A stretch of DNA of 64,000 nt, taken from Rebecca billardiae RCC1528. Lineage: Eukaryota; Protista; Haptophyta. Under the pieces are notes generated by a model, which ran no database searches, was not told the DNA's origin, and saw nothing but the letters and a program-made list of their open reading frames with translations. The number at the start of each line of letters is the position of its first letter. The first letter of the stretch is position 1. The translations under genes and the position numbers were made by a program. The stretch lies in the NCBI GenBank assembly GCA_965240325.2, contig OZ251224.1:4377343-4441342 (forward strand). Reading direction: 5' to 3'. Below, in pieces: positions 10,301 to 21,792 of this stretch.

Positions 10301-12076
10301 CGCCCGCCGCACGCGCGCGCGCCCCGCCCTCCGTGCGCGCGGCAGGCTGCCGTGGGACGCCGCCTTCGTGCTGTGCGTGAGCGCGGCGTCCGCGCGAGAC
10401 GCGGACCTCTTCACCGCGCTGCAGTCTCTGGACGCGGCGCAGCTGTTCACCTCCACGGTGAGCGTGGGCGGCTCGGTCGCGGAGTCGGGCGCGCACTACT
10501 TCGTGCCCAACCAGGCGGCGGCGGGGCACGTGCTCGGGCAGCTGGCGGAGCTCGCGCGCGCGCAGCAGGCCGCCGCGCGCTCGGCGGGCGCGCTGCCGCC
10601 GCCGGGGCCGGCGGCGGCCGCGCCGTCCGCGCTGCGCTCGGTGCGCGCGATCGCGCGCCGCATCGCGCTCGCGCAGGCCGCGGTCGAGCCCGCCGCCGCG
10701 GCCGCGAGCGGCGCGGTGCGCACGTGCGCGGCGGTGTGCATCCTCGAGCTGGACGGCTCCGCCTCCGCCGTCGCGGCGGAGACGCTCGAGGCGCTGCTGC
10801 CCAAGCTGCACGTGGCGTACATCGAGCGCGCGGCGCACAGCGCGCGGCCGGCGCTCGGCGCGGCCGCGGCCGCGGCCGCGGCCGCGCAGCCGGCGGCGCT
10901 GGGCGCGGGCGCGGCGGCGGGCGCGGGCGCGGGCGCGGAGGCGGACGCGCGGCGCGCGGCGCGGTGGGCGCGCACCGCGCCGCCGCACGGCGCGGGCGGC
11001 GCTGGCGCGGGCGGCGGCGCTGGCGCGGGCGGCGGCGACTTGGGCGCTGGCGCGGCGCGCGCGGCCGCGGCGGGCGGCGCGGCGGGCGGCGCGCGCGCAC
11101 CGCCCTCCGACCGCGAGAGCGTGCGCCTCAAGCTGTGGGCGCGCCGCCCGCCCGCGGGCGGCGCAGACGAGCCCGCCGCGCCGGGCGGCGGCGCGCGCCG
11201 CGCCCGGCCGAGCGGCGGCGACGGGTCGGGCGGCGGCGGCACGGCCGCCCCCGCGTTGGCCCCGTCCTTGGCGCTCGGCGCGCCCTCCGCCGCCGAGCGC
11301 CGCTCGGCCGGCGGCGGCGCGTGCCCGGCGGAGCTGCCCGGCTCGCCCTGCCTGCTCAGCGCGGCCTCTGCGTTCGCTCCGGCGCTGGACGAGCTGGCCG
11401 CAGCGCTCGGCCCGCAGCTGGCCGGGCTGGCCGCGGTCGAGCGCGAGGAGGGCGCGTGCTGCGTGCGCGTCGGCGCGGCAGGGACCGCCGCGTCCGCCAC
11501 GCAGGCGGCCGAGCGCGCGGTCGCCAGCGCCGTGAGCGGCCTTCCGATGCTCACGCGCACGCGCAGCAGCAGCAGCGCCGAGGTGCGCGCGCGCGCGCCG
11601 CGCGCCCCTTTGCGCGCGCGCGGCGGCTCACCGCGCCGCGCGCCGCGCCGCCCTCCCCGTGTGCGCAGGGCCTCGCGATCGGCGCGGACGCGGGCTGGGC
11701 GGAGTCTGTGCACGCGGTGCCGTACCTGCTGCGCCGCCTCTCCGCCTCGCTGTGCGTGGAGGACGTGCTGCCCGTGCTGATCGGAGACCGCCACTCCGAG
11801 CCCACCTTCAGGGCGCTGCGCGAGGCGTTCGGCGTGGACGCGGCGCAGCAGCCGCTGCCGCCCGTGCCCGCGCCCGGCCGCGCGGCGACCACGCAGCACG
11901 GCGGCGGCGTGGGCGCCATCTCGATCGGCGTGGGGCTGGACACGGACGCGCCCACCGCCGCCATGTACAGGCTGGCCGACGCCGCCGAGCTCGACGCGTT
12001 TCTGCGCGCGCTCGCGCACGCGCTGCCGGACGTGCCGGTGGGCGGCTGGGTGCGCGCCACGTACGCGCACGTCTGA
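7358..12076 (+). CDS. TPS1: Trehalose-6-phosphate synthase (GT20) fused to two degenerate trehalose-phosphatase (HAD)-like domains
   Basis: IIVANRLP, GGLVSAL, WVGWPG, YYDGFCNNVLWPLLHY, QDYHL, GIDRLDYIKG, DGMNLVSFEY. Introns 7511-7708, 10036-10345 and 11583-11668 join the frames up to the stop at 12074-12076. Confidence 0.92.
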   Translation: MAPPRARPARKPLVTSGDGALPNSRGDSPLHAGKQRTRTGDVERHIVAQISVWRARAHARAPRGRGRGARSRDPARGRGRRGRRARWRGCQAHSPRAAPRPRLPRPARAARAPVGAQELQRQLTSERQRQQDVKAHADERQSKETCLIIVANRLPVSLSRLPSGDWNADMSHGGLVSALMGVRNLRMTWVGWPGLEVPKEDQQAVSEQLQRLLQCVPVFLDAKTSGLYYDGFCNNVLWPLLHYVPLSSLGTEMREDEWDAYRRANAAFADAICSVADEADMVWLQDYHLMLLPQLLRERRPRAKIGWFLHVPWCAAEIYASFPKRKQILRGLLGADLIGFHVYDYARHFTESLQRVLGVEVAVHRETYVRDLARGHCLAVGAFPIGIEPARFDQLLDSLEVKDRIIDLRRRFDGKLVLLGIDRLDYIKGLPHKLAGMHRFLSQQPHMRRRVVLLQIAVPSRVAVPGYQKLRDSVHRLVAQINGQFGTLGDVPVHYLDRSCDLTELAALYFVADALIVTSLRDGMNLVSFEYVACQRPRDPGVLILSDFAGAAQCLRAGALVVNPHDAQEIANAIAQAVAMPSAERAERHAHMAAYVRRHTAQAWAEEFALSLTHLEAELSEAGFARRNPALPLPAGAVCAGFAAAAAASSQRLLVLGVLHTLLDWRAFRAAVDARALPRRVRDAVAALATAPHTTVVIVSARERALLAEWFAGIPVWLVAENGLFISDRTVGADAPWECTDENALGAPWLAHVRPIFDFFEQRTPHTCIEAHECSITWHHASDLDGGAAVDAAGAAASAAASAGGERARGVSADAAAAAAASAGMAGSGRPLRAPVGEISHADFAAYMASELYAHLARALRSARVEVHLDADRVEVRPSAVSKGSAIELILDRCARERARTRTRTRGAGARARRRARRGARRGAHRRADARAEGRTRGAAAHALGRTQPVRTVRTRRGCAARAEAERTAAPRAPPAARARARPPHARAPRPPCARQAAVGRRLRAVRERGVRARRGPLHRAAVSGRGAAVHLHGERGRLGRGVGRALLRAQPGGGGARARAAGGARARAAGRRALGGRAAAAGAGGGRAVRAALGARDRAPHRARAGRGRARRRGRERRGAHVRGGVHPRAGRLRLRRRGGDARGAAAQAARGVHRARGAQRAAGARRGRGRGRGRAAGGAGRGRGGGRGRGRGGGRAARGAVGAHRAAARRGRRWRGRRRWRGRRRLGRWRGARGRGGRRGGRRARTALRPRERAPQAVGAPPARGRRRRARRAGRRRAPRPAERRRRVGRRRHGRPRVGPVLGARRALRRRAPLGRRRRVPGGAARLALPAQRGLCVRSGAGRAGRSARPAAGRAGRGRARGGRVLRARRRGRDRRVRHAGGRARGRQRRERPSDAHAHAQQQQRRGARARAARPFARARRLTAPRAAPPSPCAQGLAIGADAGWAESVHAVPYLLRRLSASLCVEDVLPVLIGDRHSEPTFRALREAFGVDAAQQPLPPVPAPGRAATTQHGGGVGAISIGVGLDTDAPTAAMYRLADAAELDAFLRALAHALPDVPVGGWVRATYAHV

Positions 12077-12594
12077 CGGACGCGCCGGGCGGCGCTCGAC
12101 GACGACGGCGCGGGTGCGGCGGTCCGCGCGAGTCGGGGCGGCGTGCCCTCACGGCCTGACGGCTGACGCTGCTGGAGGGCACACGGCAGGCTCAGCGCGC
12201 GGTCGTCACCACTTCGTCACTGGCGCCAGCGCGCATCAGCCGCATGGTCGACAGTGCCGCAGTCGTGCCGACAGCAATCAGCAGGCGACGATGCTCTGCG
12301 CGGTGCGGCGCGCGCGACGATGTATGCTGCGCATATTCATCATATCGTCGTCAGGCTTTTATATTTAATTATCAACAGTCGCAGCACTTCGCATACAATA
12401 GCAAGCAGCAGCGGCGCGCAAGCACTTTTGGCCCGCCCGGTCGCCGGGATGATGACTACTGACGCAGTCAAACTCGAGAATCAGACCACAGACGCGCGAC
12501 GAGAATGAGCTGCGGCTGCTGCGAGGGTGGCAGGGTTCCCTGGCTGCGCAGAAAAGCGCACCGGGCACACACCTCCGGACGCGCGCATCTACTA

Positions 12595-14132
12595 ATGGCG
12601 ACGACGACGACGGCGCGCGCGCTAGTCGTCACGATCGCGGCGCTGCCGCTGCTGCTACTGCTGCTGCTGCCAATGGCGGCGCGCGCGCCCTTCTGCCCGA
12701 ACGGGCCGATGCACGTGGACGCACGCGCGCGCCCGCTGCTGCTCGCGCACCACGCGCAGCTGCGCTCGCGGCCGTGGGCGTACGGGCCGCTCCCCGCGCC
12801 CGCGCCGGACGGCGCAGAGCGCGGCAGCGGGCGCGGGCGCGAGGCGCCGCGGCAGCTGTGGGACGCGGGCGCGTGGGCGGGCGAGACGATGCCCAAGTTC
12901 GAGGACGCCGACTGGCCCAAGCCCCGCGGCTGCCCCCCCGTCCCCGCCTCCCTCAGCCCGCTCAGCTGCCTGCCGCACAATGGCTACCTGCTGGGGCACG
13001 TGGGCGGCGCGGGCGGCACCGCGCTGCTCGTGCACCTGGGGCTGAAGACGGGGACGTCGGCGATGCGCGCGTTCTGGCGCTGCGCGTTCGGCGGCGAGGA
13101 GCGGCGGTACCGCGCCCTCCCGCGCGCCGCCCTCGCGCCCTCCAGCCGCATGCTGCACGCGGCGATGGTGCGCGCCCCGCTCGAGCGCCTGCTGGCGGGG
13201 TACGTGGAGCTGCTGCTGCGCAACACGCGCGCCGTGCGCGCGCACGGCTCGGGCCGCGTGTTCCGGCTGCCCACCGCGGCGCACATGGCGAGGATGCTCG
13301 AGGAGACGTTCGACGACGGCCTCGCGCGCGTCAACCAGGCGCTGGCGCGCGCGCGCGCACCCCACGGCGACGGCGGTGCGCCGGGCTCGTCCGCCTCGGA
13401 TGCGGCCGCGTTCGCGGCCGCGCTGCGCACCACCGCGGCCGGCTGGCTCGTGGCGGGCTACACGCGCGCCGACGGCCGCGACGGCGGCTGGCCCACGCGC
13501 ACGGCGCCCGAGTCCGCCGCCTCCCCCGAGGGCGTGCCGGGCGAGCTGGACGAGCTGCAGCGCTTCCGCGCGTTTGTGCGCTCGCTGTCGTGCGGAGGGC
13601 GGTGGCACGGCGTGGGCCACGTCGAGTCGCTGAGCGCGCAGCTGAGCGTCTCGCCGCTCGCGCCCGCCAACCACGCGCTGCTCGGCGCGCGCAAGCGGCA
13701 GCACCGGCAGCGGCAGCGCGGCGCGTGCCCGCTTGGCGCGCTGGGCGACACGGTGCCCCCGCCCATCCAGATGCTCATCCGACAGGAGGCGCTGCGCGAG
13801 GACCTCAAGCGCGTGCTGGGCGCGCTCAACGCGACGCACGCGCTGCGCAGCTGCCCGCTGCCGCGCCGGCGGCAGGACAACCGCCCGCCCGAGCTGGAGG
13901 ACAAGCTGCGCGCCAAGCGGCGCGAGGGCGGCGGCGGCGCGCCCAACCAGAACCAGACGGAGGCGGCGGTGGCCTCCGCCGTCTCGGGGCTGCCGGACAG
14001 GGGCGCGCTGCGGCGTGCGCTGGCGGAGGAGCCCGAGCTCGTGCGCGCCGTGTGCCGCGTGTACGCGCAGGACTACGCGTGCCTGCCCTACCCGCTGCCG
14101 TACAGCTGCAACGAGCTGATGCGCCCGCCCGC

Positions 14133-14174
<42 letters not shown>

Positions 14175-14600
14175 GCAGCAGCCGCAGCCGCAGCCGCCGC
14201 CCGGCTGGGGCCGCGCCAACGGCGGCGCGATGGCGGCTGGCTTCCCGAGGCAGCCGATGGGCGCGGGCGCAGCCGCCTTCCCGCACGGCGGCGGAGGCGC
14301 CCGCGCGTGGTGGGCCGGCGGGGCCGCGCCGCAGCCGCCGACGGCGCAGCCGCTGTGGCAGCGCCACGTGCAGCGGCCGCCGCCGCAGCAGCGGCCGTTC
14401 AGGCACAAGCCGCGCGCGCCGCCTGCGCCAGCAGCGGGCCACGGTGACTGGGGGCGCGGCTGGTCGCACCGAGCGCCGCGCCCGCAGCAGCCCGCCTGGG
14501 CGGCGCACGGTGGCACGATCGGTGGCGGGGCGCCGATGCGGCCGGCCGCGGCCCCGCTCGGCACGAGATTCGGCGGCGGCAGCGGCCGGGCCGGGCCAGC

Positions 14601-14634
<34 letters not shown>

Positions 14635-14775
14635 TCTCCCATCAGCCTTCCTGGGCTCGCGGGCGGGCAGCTCGCCCCGCTGCTCAGCTCGCTCAAGGAG
14701 GGGCTGGCGGGGCTGCAGCACATCCTGAAGGGCCCGGGCATCGCTCGGCAGAGTCCGCAGCGTGAGCGGTCGTAG
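12595..14775 (+). CDS. Membrane-anchored carbohydrate sulfotransferase-like protein (Sulfotransfer_2 type) with a Q/P/G-rich tail
   Basis: N-terminal hydrophobic anchor; 5'-PSB-like HLGLKTGTS; 3'-PB-like VRAPLERLLAGY; C-terminal VYAQDYACLPY; (CAG)n poly-Q near 14133-14190. Confidence 0.65.
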
Positions 14776-16666
14776 GGCGCCATATCACAATCACATCGCG
14801 TAGTAGTCTCACAGTGCGCTAACACGGGCCGAAAGTTGAATGAGAGGCGTCACGATGGCTGCCGACGCGCGCGCTGGCCGACCGTCCTCAAGAGGCCGTG
14901 ATCGGCGGCGTAGACCGCGCGGCGGACCTCGCGAGAGAGCCTAGTCCTAGTCTTCAGCGGCGCTGATCAACGCCTTCCTCCTCCTTCGCCTCGAGAGCAG
15001 CTCCACATGACACGCGCCGAGACGGCCGCAAAGCGACTCCGAAGCGACTCTGCGAGCGCGCCGCCGGCTGCTCTGAGCATGCGGAGATGGTCAGCTCTTT
15101 CGGGTGCGCGGCATGCGCGCTAGATTGCTGACTTTCATGGTACAGCTCGGCTGCTCGAAACGTGCACGTCTGCTCTCGCGTGCTGGCACGACTCACGCTC
15201 TCCAAACTGACCGCCGCTCATGTCAGGGCATGCTGCCGCAAGCTCTCATCCTCAATCGCATCCCAGCGGCACCCGGGCACAGACGCAGGTGCACATCGAC
15301 CTGGAGTGGCTGTCGTCGTCGCCACTACCTCTCGGCTGGCGCTCAGCACCAAGTTGCCGCGTAAATGAACGCGCGCGCGACGGCTTTCTGACCACGGCCC
15401 GTGTTGTGCAGGTCGTGGTCACACGTGAGCGCGGCGCTGCGGAGACGGGGCGGGGCCTCGCTTGTCCGTGACGCTGGCAGCGTGTCACGCGGGCCCACCG
15501 CCACGCCGCGCCGCAGGCCGCAACGCGCCGCGCCGTGCTGCGCTGCTCGCAAGTGCTGCCGTCAGCCAGGTCGGAGTTCGCGGTCGGTCGTCATGATGTC
15601 ACGGACACGGTCAGCGGCTCCCGCCAGCCGTCGTCGCACCCGACGGCCCGAGCTCAGCTGAGAGTGAGGCGCGCGTCTACGAAGAGGCGATGCGCAACTA
15701 CAGCATGCAACAGCGTGGCGTGCCGCGCTCGCGGGCTCCCCAAGCCTGCCGACTCATCCGCCAGCCAGCCAGCCGCCGACACGACGCGACGAGCTGAGTG
15801 GCCGTGGTCCGTGGCCGGTGCCTTCGCCGCGCGCGGGCACGCTGGAATCCATTCGGTCCGTCAGAGCCGATCATATCACGCGTATATTTTATTAGCAGCA
15901 GGCGAGCAGGCCGCTTGATACGACGCGTCTACTCCTCCTCCTTTACGCGCGCATATCAAGCTACGACCGGGCTATAGCCATAGGCCGCTACTCTGCTGCG
16001 AGTCTCAGCTGCGCCTACGCGGACACGGTGCGGTCAGAGCGGACCGTCAGCACACGGTCACGGGCGCGGTCGGGGCGCCGCAGCCAGCAGGCGACGTCGG
16101 CCGCGAAGTCAGCACAGTGATGGTGATGCGCCGAAAACGTGCAAGCGCGCCACGAGGAGACCCCAGACACATCACGTCAGCCACTCGTCGTGCGTCTTTC
16201 GTCGCCTGCTCCACCCAGCCCTCAAGTCAAGCTCAGGTGCCCCTGTGGCGGCAACCCGACCCCCTCATGCACTCCTCGGGAATCGGCAGCGCGCGCGTAC
16301 GCGCGCAGATCATCTCTTTGGCCGTGAGCGCATGGAGGCCGAAAGATACGACTGGATGGCGAGAACGCGTGCTCTTGACACCTTTGATGCGCAACGCAGG
16401 GTGCTCGTGCATCAGCTACGCCCGGTAAGCCGCTCGCACGCCAGCTGGGATGCTCGGGCTCCTCGCACGGCCGGACTGCTCGAGTGCCCGTCGTGTGCCG
16501 TATGCTCAGCAGCACAGCCGACGGGGCACACCTGATGCAGCGTCTTCTGACACTGCGCGTGTAGTGAGCTCGTACGCCAGCCCACTGCCTGCGCAGCCCG
16601 CTTGATCCCGATGATCGAGCCAACACGTGGATCCCATGCGCCTGCGCGAGCGCGGCCGCGGCGCGC

Positions 16667-17378
16667 CCGCGAATGCAAGGGGGTGCAGCTCGTGAACAGT
16701 GGAACGCAGCTGTGATGCACTTGGCCATGCGTGTACACCGAACAATTTCAGCCACGTAACTTTCTGCGATGCCCTCCTAGACCCCGCTGTGAGCCGCCGT
16801 GTGGCGCGGCGCGCGCGAGGTGCGCGCGCAGGCTGCCGAGCGCCCGGCACGCGCACTCCGGTCAGAGGCGGACGGAGGCGGCCGCGATGGGAGGCATGAC
16901 CCGCGAGCCCGAACGAGCGTGAGTGATGCAGAACTCAGCCGCCCCCCGTCTTGGCGCACGCCATGCGGCTGGCGTCTCTGCGCGCGCATGTTCGCGTGCG
17001 GATTTCAGATGTTCCTGCTCGCGAAGCAACCGCGGGGAGCCCGCGAATTGAGGGGGGGTGCAGCTCGTCAACGGCGAAACGCAGCTGTGCTACCTTTGAT
17101 GATGCGTGTACACCGAACAATTTCAGCCACGTAACTTTCTGCGATTCCCTCCTAGACCCCCTGTCAGCCGCGGTGTGGCGCGGCGCGCGGCCAGGCGATG
17201 TCGCAGACTGCTGGCGCACCTGCACGCGCACTCTGGTCAAAGGCGGACGGAGGCGGCCGCAATGGGAGGCATGACCCGCGAGCCCGAACGAGCGCAGGTG
17301 ATGCAGAACTCAGCCGCCCCCCGTCTTGGCGCACGCCATGCGGCTGGCGTCGCTGCGCGCGCGTGTTCGCGCGCGGAT
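16667..17378. repeat. Two-copy direct repeat, unit ~340 bp, offset ~375 bp
   Basis: Copies 16667-17004 and 17040-17378 share long identical blocks, e.g. ATGCGTGTACACCGAACAATTTCAGCCACGTAACTTTCTGCGAT and GGGAGGCATGACCCGCGAGCCCGAACGAGCG. Confidence 0.92.
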
Positions 17379-17904
17379 GGCTGCGCCAGCGATGGCGGCC
17401 GGCCGCCGCGAAAACGTCCCTGATCGCGGAATCGGCCGATTCTGCCAATTCAACTTTCGGTGCCGGTTAGCGCACTGTGTATTGATGATTCAGCCTGAAT
17501 GGCGGCCCCGATGCCCGCCATGGCACGGGCACTCGGGCTCGGCCGTCGGCGCCGACGGTGGTCGCCGGCGGCCGCGCACTCACCGACGAGTGAATTCGTT
17601 CGAGAGAATCCGAGTTCAGTAGTTCACTGACACTACTCACTAGTCTAAGCAGGTTAACATATATATATACATATATATACAATGCTCACTTCACAGCCAG
17701 CCAGCAGTGTCAGCAGCAGCGCAAATCTATATTTGATGATTGTCAGTGGTCGTCGCGCGTCCATATCAGCAGGCGGTCGGACTGAGGGTGAATACTGCCA
17801 GCTGGGACCATACTACGTCCGCATGCCGCTGGCGCGGGCCTGGCCGCCGGCCCGTTGTCGTCGGCCGCCAGGCCCGCCGAGCGCACCGCGATCCGGGCTG
17901 CTGC

Positions 17905-18798
17905 TCAGTCCTCGCCGGTGGGCATCGTCGGCACGGCCTGCGGGTGCGCGCTGGTCTCCCAGTGCCAGAGCGCCGGCACCTTAGGCCCGGCCACCTCCTC
18001 GACGGGGAAGCGCTTGAGCAGCGTGTGCAGCTCCGCCTCCGTGCCGACTGTGTGCAGGTCGCCGCCCGCCTGCGGGCCCGGCCAGCGCTCGGCGGCCTGC
18101 GCGATGCCGGCGGTGAGCATGCCGATGTGCGCGGTCATCGGCATGGCGGACGGGTCCTTGGAGAGCTCGGGGTAGTTCCGGATGGGCAGCTTGCCCACGC
18201 GCACCTCGGACATGAACACCGAGTCCGCCTTGGACTTGGCCTCGGCGCGCAGCGCGGACGCGAGCCCGGAGACGTGGTGCGCGTTGATGCGCGTGAGCGA
18301 GGAGAGCTGGCGCTGCGTCACGGCGGAGGTGCCCGTGATGTAGGTGTACGAGGCGCCCTCCATGTGGCGCAGCTTCGGGATCAGCGCCTGCGCCACGCCG
18401 AAGTGCAGGTCGACGAGCACGCCGGCGTTGTGCCGGAAGATGTCGCGCTCCATCTCCAGGATGGAGGCGCCCTGCTTGGGGATGGTGAGGGTGCCGGTCT
18501 CGTCCTCGTCGCCCGCCTGGCCCCACCAGGCGACGCCGCAGTGCGCGACCACGTGCGTCGGCGTGCCGATGTCGAAGACGCGCTCCATCGTTTTGTCCAG
18601 CCCGGACGGCAGCATCGTGCCGTGCACGCAGTGCAGCCGCTCCGGGTGGCCGAGGTCCTCGTGGAGCTGCACGAGCTTCGCCTCGGAGCGCGAGTTGATC
18701 GTGACGGTCGCGCCGGCCTGGAGCAGCCCGCGCGCGATCGCGCGGCCCACCGGGCCCACGCCGCCCACCACGAGCGCTGCCTTGCCGGTGAGGCTCAT
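17905..18798 (-). CDS. Short-chain dehydrogenase/reductase (atypical SDR)
   Basis: MSLTGKAALVVGGVGPVGRAIARGLLQAGATV Rossmann motif; single exon; no clear YxxxK. Confidence 0.8.
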   Translation of the reverse strand: MSLTGKAALVVGGVGPVGRAIARGLLQAGATVTINSRSEAKLVQLHEDLGHPERLHCVHGTMLPSGLDKTMERVFDIGTPTHVVAHCGVAWWGQAGDEDETGTLTIPKQGASILEMERDIFRHNAGVLVDLHFGVAQALIPKLRHMEGASYTYITGTSAVTQRQLSSLTRINAHHVSGLASALRAEAKSKADSVFMSEVRVGKLPIRNYPELSKDPSAMPMTAHIGMLTAGIAQAAERWPGPQAGGDLHTVGTEAELHTLLKRFPVEEVAGPKVPALWHWETSAHPQAVPTMPTGED

Positions 18799-19398
18799 CG
18801 CTGGCGACGACGACGAGAGGGCAGGCGCCGGGCGTGGACTTCGTCAACGCGATGAATCAGCGCATCAGCTGCTTGATCTCGCGTTGCGAGGTGTAATTAC
18901 GTCGTGGCCCGAGCAGTGAATTCGGGGCCTGCTGCTAATGTTTCCAGCGCGGCTTGATGATAATCGCCGCGATTCCGGGCGGTGTCCGGTGCCGAACGGC
19001 CGCTCGGCACCGTGTGGACCCGTTGGCGCAGGCCGTTCGGCGTTCAAGTTCAACTACTTTGCCACAATCATGCCACTTGGCGACCGGTTGGCGACTGCCG
19101 TGCCGCTGCCGCTAGTCGCTGGACGCCGTCGTCACAGGCACCGGCACAGGAGCACAGTCTGTGCGTGATGACGGCCGATGGCGGCGAGCTGGCCGGCGGC
19201 GTGTCCAGCCTCTTCACCACGCCAGCCCATCCAGCGCTGCGCCAGTCCCGCGTGCGGGCCCTGGGCGCGAGTGCTGCCCGCTGGCCAGGGTCACGCGTGC
19301 GCAGGTCGCAGCCTCACGGGGCGGCCTCAGGCTCAGGGTCAGTGTGAGTGTCAGTGTGAGTGTCAGTCAGCGCAGCCTGGCAGGGCCGCGGCACGGCC

Positions 19399-21491
19399 TC
19401 AGAGCAGCAGCGACTTGAGGTACGCGCGCAGCTCCACGCTCTGCGGCACGGCAGCCGGAGCGGTAGGGGAGGGGCGGGGAGACGCACGCGCCGAGACGCT
19501 GAGCACGCACCCCGCACGCGCAGCGGCGCGCGCAGCGGCACGCGCAGCGCTCGGCGGCGCGTGCCGCGGCGCGTGTGTGCGCGCTGGGTGCGCACACGTT
19601 CATCTTGGAGCCGAGCAGCACGGCGGAGCGGCCCTCCACCAGCTTGAGCCGGCGCAGCTGGTCGCGCACCTCGTCTGCACGCGGCGGGGACGGCGGCCGG
19701 GCGGACGGGGCACGCGCGGCGCGCGCAAGGCCCAGGGCGCAGGCAGGGGCGGGCGGGCGGAGGCGGCGGCAGCGGTTGGCTCGACGACAGCGCACGCGCC
19801 GCACACCGGGGGCGCGCGAGGCGCGGGGCAGGCGGCGGGCGGCGCGATGGGCGCGCGCGTCACGCACCGCGCGTGCGCAGCGCGTCCACCTCCTCCGCCG
19901 AGCCCACGCGGCGCAGGCCGCGCAGCCGCTCGAGCTCAGCAGCCGCGCCGCCCCCCTGCGGCCGCGCTCGCGCGCCGGGCGGCGCGCGCTGCCGGCCGGG
20001 CGCGCGCGCTCGGCTGCCGCGCGGCGCGGAGCCGCGAGCGGCGCGCGAGCGCGCCGACTTGGGCGCGGGCGCTGCGGGCTCCGACTCGTCCGCCGCGCCG
20101 AGCGGCGCGGTGGGGGGCGGCCGTGCGAACGTCCCGTCCTCCTCCTCCTCCTCCTCCTCCTCCTCCTGCTGCTGCTGCTGCTGCTGAGCAGCAGGGGCGG
20201 CAGCGGCAGCAGCAGGGGCGGCAGCGGCCTCTGACGCGGCCTCTGAAGGGGCACCGGCCGAGGCGGGTGTGCCCGCCGCCGCGCCGCGCGCCGCCCCGCC
20301 CCCGCCCCGCGCCCCGCCCGCCGCCTCCGCCGCCTCGAGCTTCGCCTCCGCCGCCTCGAGCTGTGCCCGCAGCCCCGCGGCCGCCTGCGCGGCAATGTCT
20401 CGCTCCCTCTGCGCGCACCCCAGCGCCTCGTCCTGCTGCGCGGAGGCGGAGGCGTAGGAGGAGACGGCGGACTCGGCCTCGGCGCGCGCGCGCGCCTCGG
20501 CGGCGCGCGCGGCCTCCGCCTCGGCGCGCAGGCCGCCCAGCTCCGCCTCCGCCGCGCTCGCCCGCGCCTCGGCCGCCTGCAGCGACGCGGCGGCCGCGTC
20601 GGTGGCCGCCGCCGCCTCGGCCGCCGCCGCCGCCGCGTGCGGCGCCGCCTCGGCCGCGGCGGCCTCGGCGGCGGCGCAGCGCTTCTGCGCGTCGGCGGCC
20701 ATGGCCTCCGCCTCCACCGCGCGCGCCTCCGCCACCGCGGCCCGCTCGTCCGCCTTCGCCGCCTTCGCCGCCGCCTCCGCCGCCTCCGCGGCCGCGGCCG
20801 CGTGCCGCGCGCCCGCCGCCTCGGCCGCGGCGACGCGCGCGCCGAGCGCCGCGGCGCTGGCCTCGGCCTCGGTCGCGCGCGCGCGCGCCTCGGCCGCGCG
20901 CGCCTCCGCCTCCGCCTCCGCGCGCCGCGCGCCCTCCTCCGCCGCCGCGTGCTCGCCCAGCGCGCCGCGCAGCTCGTCGAGGTGCGCGCGCAGCTTGGCC
21001 AGCTGGGCCTCGAGGGACGAGCAGCGCTCGGCCGAGCGCGCGAGCTGCGCGCGGAGCTCGGCGCCGCCGGCCTCCGCGCTCTCGGAGGCGCGCGCGAGCG
21101 CGGACTCCGCCGCCTCCGCGCGCGCGCGCGCCGCGCCCAGCTCGCGCTCGAACCGCGCGACGGTCGACTCGGCCGCGCGCGCGCGCGCGCCGAGCGCGGA
21201 CGCCTCGCTCGCGTTCAGCGCGCCGGGCTCGGCGCCGGACTGGGAGGTGACGAGCGCGGCGAGGGGCAGCGCCGCGCCCGCCGCCGCCGCGGCGAGCAGC
21301 GACGCCGCCTCGGCGCCCGCGACCATGTGCACCGCCGGCAGCGCGCCGTGCCGCGCGGGCACGCACGCGCGGGCCAGCCGTGTGCGCCCGCGCGCGCACA
21401 CCGGCGCGGCGCGCGAGCTCTCGGCGCGGCGCGCGAGCAGCGCGAGCAGCGCGAGCAGCGCGAGCCGCGAGCCGCCGCGCACGGGCCGCAT
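19399..21491 (-). CDS. Ala/Glu-rich coiled-coil protein with a signal peptide and one hydrophobic segment
   Basis: N-terminal LALLALLALLA and a long heptad-like AE/AR region. Introns 19675-19867 and 19441-19597 give the C-terminus DEVRDQLRRLKLVEGRSAVLLGSKMNSVELRAYLKSLLL*. Confidence 0.65.
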
Positions 21492-21792
21492 CTGCGCGCG
21501 CCTCGAGGCTCGCCCGCGGGGCCGAGGCTCGTCGGGCCGACCGGCCGTCTCGACCGCCGCGTCGGCAGCGCGTGCGCTCGTCGGCGTGCGTCGCGACCCT
21601 CAACTCTGCAACTCGTCACAGGCGAAAGCCGCGCCAGTGGCGGGAGCCCCGGACACGCGGGCCCGGGCGGGGGCGCGGGGCCGTCTGCCAACCGAGTGCC
21701 AACGGACGGCGAAGAGCTTCAAGCATGGCGGAGTGTGGCGGACGGCATGCACCGTCAATCATGGCAAGCGGTTTCAAGCGAGTGGTGGTCAT

